Source: an uncultured delta proteobacterium
GTDB lineage: Bacteria; Desulfobacterota; Desulfobulbia; Desulfobulbales; JAGXFP01
DNA length: 64,000 nt
Reading direction: 5' to 3'
Assembly: GCA_963807225.1 (NCBI GenBank)
Contig: CAWEAD010000008.1
Span: 200,586 to 264,585 of the forward strand
Below, in pieces: positions 9,609 to 17,767 of this stretch. Both the position numbers and the translations under genes were made by a program. The notes beneath the pieces are model-generated. The model saw nothing but the letters and a program-made list of their open reading frames with translations, did not search any database and was not told where the DNA came from. Position 1 is the stretch's first letter. Every line of letters begins with the position of its first letter.

Positions 9609-9841
9609 GGCACACCTCCGTTTTCGGTTATGGGGGCAATTTCCAGCCTTTCCCGATTCTAACTGAATTTGGCAGGGATTTCATCGATTCCCGAGGGCTG
9701 ACAGCAATGCCGGACCGTGTGCCGATCGCTGGCGCTCAGCATGAGAAACTTCTGGCGAAGATCAAGCCGGTTTTGCTTCTAAGCATTTCTTATCTCCTTG
9801 TTTTAAGTCGATAAAAAATATACCTACGGAAAATTTTTTTG

Positions 9842-9906
9842 TTGCAATCGGACTGACGGCTATTTATCATGGGGTGAAAGTGGAGCAAAAGGGTTTCTTT
9901 GTGGAA
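9842..9906 (+). promoter_or_regulatory. sigma70-type promoter plus phased G-rich repeats (candidate MraZ operator) for the mraZ-ftsA-ftsZ-like operon
   Basis: -35 TTGCAA (9842-9847), 17-nt spacer, -10 TATCAT (9865-9870), with an A/T-rich UP-like tract at 9811-9841. Pentamers TGGGG (9870), TGGAG (9881), GGGTT (9891) and TGGAA (9902) are phased at 10-11 bp. Confidence 0.5.
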
Positions 9907-9940
9907 TATATGCCCTGAGTAGGGTGGGAGATTGGCGGGA

Positions 9941-10408
9941 ATGGAACAATGCCTTTTCATCGGCACGCATAGTGCGGTACTGGACGAGAAGTCCAGGCTG
10001 GTGATGCCGGCAGGCTTCCGAAAGGACAATTCCGAGGCGGTGTTGAACGGCGATTTTTATATCACTTCACACCAAGAGGGTTTTCTTATTGTGCGTCCTG
10101 GGGTGGTCTGGGATGGTTATCTCCGTTCGATCGAGGCTGCCGTGGAGTTGGATGGGGTTCAGAAGCGCAAGTTCATCCGGCTGCTCTGTAATAATTCGGT
10201 CAAAATCAGGCTGGACAGCCAGTTCAGGGCGGTTCTCAGTCAGCCACTGCGCCGCAAACTGGCCTTCGATGACGAGGAACCGCGGCAGAAAGTGGTGGTG
10301 GTCGGTTGCGGTGATTTCCTGGAGGTTTGGCCGGAGAACCGTTACCGCGGCGAGGAAGATTCGACCCGTGAGCTGTCCGGCTTTATCAACGGCTTTGACG
10401 GCAGATGA
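9941..10408 (+). CDS. mraZ: MraZ-family transcriptional regulator (divergent), 155 aa
   Basis: Duplicated SpoVT/AbrB-type halves: FIGTHSAVLDEKSRLVMPAGFRK and RLDSQFRAVLSQPLRRKL...VVVVGCGDFLEVWPENRY. These align to E. coli MraZ [23 protein letters not shown] and MDGAGRLLIAPVLRQ...VMLVGQFNKFELWDETTW. Confidence 0.75.
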   Translation: MEQCLFIGTHSAVLDEKSRLVMPAGFRKDNSEAVLNGDFYITSHQEGFLIVRPGVVWDGYLRSIEAAVELDGVQKRKFIRLLCNNSVKIRLDSQFRAVLSQPLRRKLAFDDEEPRQKVVVVGCGDFLEVWPENRYRGEEDSTRELSGFINGFDGR

Positions 10409-10433
10409 AGGCTGATACTCGGGGAACAGTGAG

Positions 10434-11684
10434 ATGCTGACCAGACATACCAATATCACCACGGTCAACGTCGGTTCCGCCAATACCACGGCGGTGATCG
10501 CCGAGGTCGATAACGAAGGGCGGGCCGGCTTGCTGGGCTACGGGCAATGTGCCAGCGCCGGTTTGAGTGACGACTTGATCACCGATATCCGGGAACTGGG
10601 CAGGGCTATCGCGGAATGTGTCGGCCAGGCGGAAGAGATGGCGAAACAAAGCAGCGGACCTCTGATTCTGGCCATCGGCGGCGAACATGTTCGGATCTTG
10701 AACAGTCGGGACGGCATTGCCCTTAATCCGGGCGACGATGAACACCGCTCACGGAATATTACCCGGCAGGATATCAAAAAGGTTCTGGAAAAAGCCGGAA
10801 AGGTAATGCTGGCCATGGACTTGGAGCAGTTGCATGTCCTGCCGGTCAGTTTTCTGGTGGACGGCCGCCGGGTTAAAAATCCGGAAGGCATTGGCGGCAA
10901 CAGGCTGGATGTTGAGGTGCTGGTCATCGCCGGCCGGCAGACGATCATGCGGTCCCTGATGAAGGCTGCCGAATTTGGCGGCTACCGGGTGCGAAAGTTC
11001 TGTTATCGCCCATTGGCAACTTCCCGGGCCGTACTGAGTCTTGATGAACTTGACCGGGGAGCCTGTCTGATCGACATCGGCGGCCGCCATACCGATATTG
11101 CCCTTTTCAAGGAAAACCGGCTGCTTTATTCCTCGACCCTGGTACTGGGCGGCGCCAACATTACTTCGGATACCGGGCAGCTGCTGGCTATCAATCAGCA
11201 GGAAGCTGAAAAGATAAAATTGAAATATGGTTATTGCGGCACCCTGGCCGGAGAAGACCTGAAATTTCAGTTGAGCGGTGTGGGTGGCGATGGAGCCCTC
11301 TGGCGCCTGGTCCGAAAATCGGCCTTGGGAGTCGGCGTTATTCAGCCTCGGGTCGAGGAAATTTTCGACGAGTCGGTGGCGGCGCTGAAAGGCTACCTAG
11401 GCCGCGAACAGTGGACGGGCTGCGCGGCCTTGACGGGTGGAACTTCACAGCTTCCGGGAATCCGGGAACTGGCCAGGGCTAGATTACCGTTTATGGTAAA
11501 TGCCGGTAAAAATATCGTCTTTGACAATCTCGATGAAGAGTCCTCTCGGCCGGAATATGCCACGGTCCTGGGAATGGTGGCCTACGATACGGAGCAGCGT
11601 CTGAGCAGGCGTGAAGAGGTGCGTGATAATCCGATTACGCGCTGGTGCGACAAGATAATCAGACAAATCCACACGGTTTTGTAA
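10434..11684 (+). CDS. ftsA: FtsA-like actin-fold protein (divergent), 416 aa
   Basis: Actin/HSP70-fold phosphate motifs VNVGSANTTAVIAEV, LIDIGGRHTDIALF and LTGGTSQLPGIRELA. The C-terminal amphipathic tail ITRWCDKIIRQIHTVL is analogous to the FtsA membrane-targeting helix. Confidence 0.75.
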   Translation: MLTRHTNITTVNVGSANTTAVIAEVDNEGRAGLLGYGQCASAGLSDDLITDIRELGRAIAECVGQAEEMAKQSSGPLILAIGGEHVRILNSRDGIALNPGDDEHRSRNITRQDIKKVLEKAGKVMLAMDLEQLHVLPVSFLVDGRRVKNPEGIGGNRLDVEVLVIAGRQTIMRSLMKAAEFGGYRVRKFCYRPLATSRAVLSLDELDRGACLIDIGGRHTDIALFKENRLLYSSTLVLGGANITSDTGQLLAINQQEAEKIKLKYGYCGTLAGEDLKFQLSGVGGDGALWRLVRKSALGVGVIQPRVEEIFDESVAALKGYLGREQWTGCAALTGGTSQLPGIRELARARLPFMVNAGKNIVFDNLDEESSRPEYATVLGMVAYDTEQRLSRREEVRDNPITRWCDKIIRQIHTVL

Positions 11685-11706
11685 GCGTTTATTTGCGGGG
11701 GCCTCA

Positions 11707-13104
11707 ATGACGTCTGAAAACAACGGTTATAACTTCTCCCTGACCGAGTGCGGAAGTTCCACCAGGATGGTGGCTCTGGGCATCGGCGGTATGGGTAGCA
11801 ATGCCATGGAAAACCTGGCTCGGGCCGGTATCGATGGTATGGAACTTTTTTCCCTGAATACCGACCGTCAAGCCCTGGCTCATTGCCGGGGCAGCCAGCC
11901 GGTGCAGATTGGTGACAAGCGGACTGGCGGCAAGGGGGCCGGTGGCAACAGCGATGTGGGGCGGTTGTCGGCCGAAGACGATGTCGAGAAAATCCGCGGG
12001 ATCGTCAAGGGCGCCGAATTGGTCTTTATCGCCTCGGGTATGGGCGGAGGTACCGGTACCGGAGCGGCACCGGTAATCGCCAAGCTCTGCCGCGAACTCG
12101 GGATCATGTGTATCGGTACAGTGACTATGCCGCTCTCCTGTGAAGGTAGCAAAAGGAATGAGAAGGCAAGGGTCGGACTCGAAGAATTGCGGCAGCAAGT
12201 CGACTCTCTGTTGATAATTGAAAATGAAAACCTCCTGGCGGTTATGGGTGAGGAAGATGTCTCTATTAAGGAGGCTTTTCAGCAGGCCGATAACGTGCTG
12301 GTCAAATCGGTCAAGGCCATAACCACGATTATCGATGCCCACGGCTATATTAATCTGGACCTGGCCGACCTGCGCAACGTCCTGCAGCGGGGAGACAGTG
12401 AAAGAGGGGTCGATGCCTTTATCGGGATAGGAGAAGCCACCGGTGAAGACAGGGCCGTGCGGGCGGCGGATCTGGCCTTGCGCAATCCGCTGCTGCGACA
12501 GATCGATATCATGGGCGCTACCAACCTGCTGATCAATGTTGCCGGCAGCGAGGAGATGGGCCAGCGGGAGGCCATGCAGGCGGTTAAATGCGTGGTGGAT
12601 CGGGCCGGCGACCTGGATCGGGAAATATTCATGGGAGTTGTCACCGATAACTCCCTGGGAGATTCTCTCAGTGTCACTATCATAGCCACCGGTTTGCCTG
12701 ACGGCAATGGCCGGGTTATTCCCCTGGCCCGGGGGAATGCTGACCAATCGGAACTGATCATTGCGCCCGATAACCTTGAGATTCAGGCAACTGGTGCCAG
12801 TGCCTTGATGGGTCTGGTCGAAGAAGTAGCCGAGTCGGGTCATCCCTCGGCGATGGCGGAGATTGGCGGAGAAGTTGCATCATGCGCTCCGGATGGATTG
12901 GGGCGTTCCCCCTTGATCTGCAAAGTCGATTGGCAGACACCGGCCTATTTACGACGACGGAGTATAGCCAGGACGGCCGAAGCCGCGACCCCGGTTCCCA
13001 AGCTTAATAAAGCTGTCAGCCGCAATCGTGCTCCCGATAGCCATACCACATGCCTGGTAACGGGGAACCGCCCTTTTAGGCAACCCCTGTATAATCTAGC
13101 CTGA
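11707..13104 (+). CDS. ftsZ: FtsZ/tubulin-family GTPase (divergent), 465 aa
   Basis: Tubulin signature GMGGGTGTGAAP, T7 loop NLDLADL, NTDRQAL, VDSLLIIENENLL. Roughly 35-40% identity to E. coli FtsZ by eye. An internal PAYLRRR motif resembles the FtsA-binding C-terminal peptide. Confidence 0.85.
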   Translation: MTSENNGYNFSLTECGSSTRMVALGIGGMGSNAMENLARAGIDGMELFSLNTDRQALAHCRGSQPVQIGDKRTGGKGAGGNSDVGRLSAEDDVEKIRGIVKGAELVFIASGMGGGTGTGAAPVIAKLCRELGIMCIGTVTMPLSCEGSKRNEKARVGLEELRQQVDSLLIIENENLLAVMGEEDVSIKEAFQQADNVLVKSVKAITTIIDAHGYINLDLADLRNVLQRGDSERGVDAFIGIGEATGEDRAVRAADLALRNPLLRQIDIMGATNLLINVAGSEEMGQREAMQAVKCVVDRAGDLDREIFMGVVTDNSLGDSLSVTIIATGLPDGNGRVIPLARGNADQSELIIAPDNLEIQATGASALMGLVEEVAESGHPSAMAEIGGEVASCAPDGLGRSPLICKVDWQTPAYLRRRSIARTAEAATPVPKLNKAVSRNRAPDSHTTCLVTGNRPFRQPLYNLA

Positions 13105-13349
13105 GGCCAAATCCTCCTCCTCCTGGCTGCGTGGCCTGTTGCACCTATCTCTTAGTTGTCTCAGGCTACGCAGCCAGGCCTTACCCTCCAACACCAACAA
13201 CCGGCCGGCATTAGACCTTGGCAGATTGCTCGAACCGGTGTACGCCTGTCTTGAACAATTACACTTAAAAACGGTTCTGACCGGTTGCCAATGGCTTAAG
13301 GGATATAACCTTTCAGCTATTGATCGAGTCGGAAAGAGACGAAGTCGGT

Positions 13350-14657
13350 ATGCTAGAGAACCCCAGGACAGGATTGCTTAAAGCAATATTCAACCGGCGG
13401 ATGTTGATATGTCTGTTCAACGGACTGGCCGCGGGGATGCCGCTTTTCTTTCTCTACCATTTAATCCCGGCCTGGTTGCGGAGCGAGAATGTCGATCTGA
13501 AAACAATCGGTCTGTTTTCCCTGGTCGGTATCCCCTACACCTGGAAGTTTCTCTGGTCGCCGCTGATGGACCGGTTCTCGCTCCCCTTTCTTGGGCGGCG
13601 GCGCGGTTGGATGCTACTTACCCAACTGGTCCTGCTCGGTACCATGATGTCGATAGGACTTCTCCACCCTGCCCACCAGATTCTGTTGATTGCCGCCATG
13701 GCGGTGGTTGTGGCTTTTTTTTCGGCGAGCCAGGACATCGTTCTGGATGCCTACCGGCGGGAATTGTTACCGGATAACGAACTGGGGTTGGGTAATTCCA
13801 TGTACGTCAATGGATACCGGGCCGCAGTCTTCATTCCTGGCGGTCTGGGTCTGATTTTGGCCGATCATTTAAGCTGGCCGCTGGTCTTTATGGTTATCGG
13901 CGCCTTCATGCTGATCGCCATCGCAAAAACCCTATTGATCAAAGAAGCTTATACCAGCGTGGCCCAGCCGGTAACCCTGGCCGCGGCCGTGGTCAAACCT
14001 TTTCGGGAATTTTTCGGCCGGGAAGGGGGTGTCAGGCAGGCGCTCCTGATTCTGGCTTTTCTCTTCTTCTACAAGTTGGGCGACAACATGGCGACCGCCT
14101 TGTCAACTCCGTTTTATCTCGATTTGGGATTTTCTAAAACCATCATCGGATCAATGGTTAAATTAGTGAATTTCTGGGCGATGCTGGTTGGCTCTTTTAT
14201 CGGTGGCGCAATGATATATAGAATCGGCATCAACCGGTCGCTCTGGGCTTTCGGACTGGTACAGATGCTGTCTATTCTGGGTTTTGCCTGGTTGGCCGAG
14301 GTCGGCGACAATGTCGTGTTATTGGGAGGGGTGATCGGTTTTGAGTATTTGGGGGTCGGACTGGGGACGGCGGCCCTGGTAGCCTACATGGCCCGGTTAA
14401 CCAACAAGGATTTCACCGCCACCCAATTCGCCCTGCTTTCCAGCCTGGTTGCACTGCCCCGCAGTTTCGCTAATGCCAGCACAGGATTTCTGGTCGAAGG
14501 TATCAAGGCCGGTGATGGGATATACTTCAAGATTTTCGGAGCCTGGAATGGGCTGGGATATAGCCGGTTTTTCATCTTCTGCACCATTTGCGCCATTCCC
14601 GGAATGATATTGTTGAAGTGGGTCGCACCCTGGCCCGACAGGGGACAACGTAAATAA
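13350..14657 (+). CDS. ampG: AmpG-family MFS permease (muropeptide transporter)
   Basis: GLAAGMPLFFLYHLIPAWLRSENVDLKTIGLFSLVGIPYTWKFLWSPLMDRF is the hallmark AmpG N-terminus. About 12-14 TM helices. ATG at 13350 lies within an ORF that opens at TTG 13320. Confidence 0.85.
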   Translation: MLENPRTGLLKAIFNRRMLICLFNGLAAGMPLFFLYHLIPAWLRSENVDLKTIGLFSLVGIPYTWKFLWSPLMDRFSLPFLGRRRGWMLLTQLVLLGTMMSIGLLHPAHQILLIAAMAVVVAFFSASQDIVLDAYRRELLPDNELGLGNSMYVNGYRAAVFIPGGLGLILADHLSWPLVFMVIGAFMLIAIAKTLLIKEAYTSVAQPVTLAAAVVKPFREFFGREGGVRQALLILAFLFFYKLGDNMATALSTPFYLDLGFSKTIIGSMVKLVNFWAMLVGSFIGGAMIYRIGINRSLWAFGLVQMLSILGFAWLAEVGDNVVLLGGVIGFEYLGVGLGTAALVAYMARLTNKDFTATQFALLSSLVALPRSFANASTGFLVEGIKAGDGIYFKIFGAWNGLGYSRFFIFCTICAIPGMILLKWVAPWPDRGQRK

Positions 14658-15116
14658 GAGAGGATGGTCGCGATTTGCTGGTGTGGAGAAGAAGTAATAG
14701 CCTTCATGTTTTCAACTTCTACATCACACTGCAATGACACAGTTGCTTCATCAGTTAAATTACAGGTAATGACGAACTTATTGAAACGTTGCTTCCCTGA
14801 CAATTTTTTGTTATTATTCTAAGTGCTTAAAAAGTTGTTGATATCAATGCGTTAAGGGTAAAATCTCAGATGATGGCGAGATCCGATAACGGATTTTATA
14901 GCCTTTCCGGAGATCTTGATTCAAGCCTTAACTGACTGAAAAATTCAATGGTTAGTACAGGTTATGCTTTACTTGCTTCTGCGACGCTGTTATTGTCACT
15001 TTGATTGCAATAGCAGACAAATCCGCGACTAAACTACTGCTGTCAAGTAAAGCAACTACGTGGTTCAGCCGGCTGGATTTCAACCGGGTCCGCTTGTCGG
15101 GAGGGAGAGGGGGAAG

Positions 15117-17216
15117 ATGATCGGTAAAAGAATCAGTCAATGTTGTTATCTTGTTCTGGCCCTGGCACCATTTTTCTGGGGCTGTTCTGCCGGACAGGGA
15201 GACTTCGTTAAACATGTCGATAGTGAGACGGCCAACTATGTCATTTCTCCCTCAGACACCGGGTTTCTGGCTGACGGCCAATCGCGGGAGACTATCTATT
15301 TCAAGAAAGGGGAAGGTGAGCTCATCCGGCTTTCCCCATATCCTGCCTCGGAGCGTGTCGGCAAGACAACCAAGGAAGTTCTGACTCCGGTCCAGGCCGA
15401 CTTCAAGGCGGCCGATACGCCTGAAAAACTGGCAACCTTCATCGAGCGGTATGCCCCGGACGAGTTGGCTTTTGTGGCCGTGCAACGGTTGGCGCAATCG
15501 GCCCTGATGGCGAAAAAATGGAATGAAGCAAAGTCCATATTCACCTCCTTTCGTGACCGTTTTCCAAACAAGGCCTCGGATTTCAATACCATAATCTCTC
15601 TGCTGGAAGCACCGGATACCGAACTGGCTGTAGACAATCTTGGACCGAACATCAATACCGGTGAAGGCGAGTATGCACCTGTGCTTTCGGCCGATGGAAA
15701 GAAAATGCTCTTTGCCCGGGATTGCGGGGTATGTGATGGCGGTGAGGAGGTATACACCTCCAGTCTGGACCAATCGGGATTCTGGCGGCTGGCCACCCCT
15801 TTCGGGCCACCCTTGACCAGCAAAGGTAATGAAGTACCCCTGGCCCTGTCGGCGGACGGTAATACTCTGGCGGTTTATGGCAATTATCCGCAATCTCTGG
15901 GGCGGGGAGATATCTTCTACCTGAACAAGACTCAGGAAGGCTGGACCGGTCTTAAGCATTATCCGGCCCCACTTAACAGTGAATACTTTGATAGCAACGC
16001 CATGTATCCAGCCGACGGCAAGGCCATACTATTCGTCTCCGAACGTCCAGGTGGGGTCGGCGACCTGCACGAGAAGGGCAAATTCTTCCACGGCGGCTAC
16101 GACGGCAATACCGATATTTATGTTTACCTTCCGAAAGCGGATGGCGGCGGGGAGGTAATCAACCTGGGCCAGGTCATCAATACCCCCTATGCCGAGTATT
16201 CTCCCTTCCTCCATCCGGACGGCAAGACCCTTTATTTCAGTTCCGATGGCCATGCCGGCCTGGGAGGGTTGGATGTGTTCAAGTCCACCCGCTTAAGCAG
16301 CGATTCCTGGACCGAGTGGAGTGAACCGGTCAATCTGGGCAAGGAAATCAACACTCCGGATAACGATTGGGGATATCAGTTCCCCGCTGCCGGCGAAAAG
16401 GCTTATTTTGCCGTGAGTAACCGCTCGAACGGTTTTGGTGGCAGCGATATCTATTCGATCGAGCTGCCTCCTGCAGCTAAGCCCAGCACGGTCATTACAA
16501 TTTACGGCACGGTAACCGATCCCGACGGTAAGTTCCTGGCCGCCGATATCCGCTGGAACGATATCGATGCCGGCAAGGAAGTGGGTGAGGCCACCAGCGA
16601 TCCCCAGACCGGAGAGTTCGTCATCAATCTGCCGGGTGGCGGCATATATGGTTATTATGCCGAAAAACCAGGTTACATGGGAGAATCTGAACATGTCGAC
16701 CTGACCGAGGATCTCGGTTATCGCGAGTATGCCGTAGATATTGTGCTCTATCCCATTCCCCAACCAACGACCCCCGAAGTAGCAGCCGAAGAGCCGGCAC
16801 CGCCGCCCGAGGTCGCGCCGGTTGAGCCGAAGCCCGAGCCGGCTCCGGAAGTGGTGGCGGTGATCCGCATGAATAATATCTTTTTCGATTTCGACAAAGC
16901 CACTTTGCGCAATGAGTCGCGTATGGAGCTTGACCGATGGGTGAGGATGCTTAAGGAGAATCCGGCAATCAGCCTGGAAATCGCCGGCCATGCCGATAGT
17001 GTCGGCACCGAACCATACAACCAGAAGCTCTCCGAGCGTCGCGCTCAGGCCGTTTGCAACTATCTGGTCGAGCAGGGTATCGATCGTGGACGACTGGTGG
17101 CCAAGGGCTTTGGAGAGTTGCAGCCGGAGGCCTCCAATGACACCGAGGAGGGTAGGCAACGTAACCGGCGGGTCGAGGTGAAAATACTTAACAACGGTAA
17201 TGGACGGATGAAATAA
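15117..17216 (+). CDS. OmpA-family lipoprotein with TolB-like (PD40) beta-propeller repeats, CarboxypepD_reg-like domain, Pro-rich linker and C-terminal OmpA peptidoglycan-binding domain
   Basis: Lipoprotein-like signal LALAPFFWGCSAG. Repeated xxYAPVLSADGKKMLFAR / AEYSPFLHPDGKTLYFSSDG PD40 motifs. C-terminal NNIFFDFDKATL...GHADSVGTEPYNQKLSERRAQAV...NRRVEV is an OmpA_C signature. SD GGGAGAGGGGGAAG precedes ATG 15117. Confidence 0.85.
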   Translation: MIGKRISQCCYLVLALAPFFWGCSAGQGDFVKHVDSETANYVISPSDTGFLADGQSRETIYFKKGEGELIRLSPYPASERVGKTTKEVLTPVQADFKAADTPEKLATFIERYAPDELAFVAVQRLAQSALMAKKWNEAKSIFTSFRDRFPNKASDFNTIISLLEAPDTELAVDNLGPNINTGEGEYAPVLSADGKKMLFARDCGVCDGGEEVYTSSLDQSGFWRLATPFGPPLTSKGNEVPLALSADGNTLAVYGNYPQSLGRGDIFYLNKTQEGWTGLKHYPAPLNSEYFDSNAMYPADGKAILFVSERPGGVGDLHEKGKFFHGGYDGNTDIYVYLPKADGGGEVINLGQVINTPYAEYSPFLHPDGKTLYFSSDGHAGLGGLDVFKSTRLSSDSWTEWSEPVNLGKEINTPDNDWGYQFPAAGEKAYFAVSNRSNGFGGSDIYSIELPPAAKPSTVITIYGTVTDPDGKFLAADIRWNDIDAGKEVGEATSDPQTGEFVINLPGGGIYGYYAEKPGYMGESEHVDLTEDLGYREYAVDIVLYPIPQPTTPEVAAEEPAPPPEVAPVEPKPEPAPEVVAVIRMNNIFFDFDKATLRNESRMELDRWVRMLKENPAISLEIAGHADSVGTEPYNQKLSERRAQAVCNYLVEQGIDRGRLVAKGFGELQPEASNDTEEGRQRNRRVEVKILNNGNGRMK

Positions 17217-17245
17217 CCATCCCACGCTGAATTACCTGGCTCCAC

Positions 17246-17280
17246 GGGGGGCGGCGCTTCGGCGTCGGCCCCCTTTTTTT
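17246..17280 (+). terminator. intrinsic terminator after the OmpA-family gene
   Basis: GGGGGGCGGCGC-TTCG-GCGTCGGCCCCC stem (one mismatch, one wobble) followed by T7. It overlaps the stop codon of convergent trmL. Confidence 0.7.
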
Positions 17281-17758
17281 ATTTTGGGAGAAAGGGCAAC
17301 TGTTGGCGAATTGCCTCATAGAGGACAATGCCGCAGGACATAGCCAAGTTAAGGCTGCGGATATTCGGGTTGGCCATGGGGATCTGATAACAGCGCTCCG
17401 GGAGGTTTTCCAGGATATACGGTGGCAAACCTTTGGTTTCTTTGCCGAAAACCAGATAGTCGCCGGGAAGGAAACGACATTCAGGATAGGTTTTCGTGGC
17501 CTTCGTGCTGAGGAAGTGCAGGCGATCCAGATTCCGGGCGGCTAGAAAGCTCTCGATGTTGTCCCAGTAAACAATCCTGACGTGAGCCCAGTAATCCAGG
17601 CCGGCCCGCTTCAGAGAACGGTCGTCGGTTCGGAATCCCAGAGGATGGACCAAATGGAGAACGCTGTTGGTGGCACCGCAGAGCCGGGCGATACTGCCGG
17701 TGTTGGGAGGAATCTCCGGTTCGACCAGGACAATGTTGAAGGGGATCGTGGATTGCAA
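17279..17758 (-). CDS. trmL: tRNA (cytidine/uridine-34 2'-O)-methyltransferase TrmL (SpoU family)
   Basis: FNIVLVEPEIPPNTGSIARLCGATNSVLHLVHPLGF and C-terminal SLNLAMSCGIVLYEA are SPOUT/TrmL motifs. 159 aa. Confidence 0.9.
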   Translation of the reverse strand: MQSTIPFNIVLVEPEIPPNTGSIARLCGATNSVLHLVHPLGFRTDDRSLKRAGLDYWAHVRIVYWDNIESFLAARNLDRLHFLSTKATKTYPECRFLPGDYLVFGKETKGLPPYILENLPERCYQIPMANPNIRSLNLAMSCGIVLYEAIRQQLPFLPK

Positions 17759-17767
17759 AGGATGAAA

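Noticed and set aside
11704-12843. 379-aa minus-strand ORF opposite the ftsZ-like gene, and similar antisense ORFs (26184..27338, 28577..29293, 34253..35107, 21200..22117, 59171..60007, 7385..8254, 903..1484)
   Set aside because: Each overlaps a gene with strong family motifs on the other strand and yields low-complexity, motif-free protein. I treated all of them as non-coding shadows.
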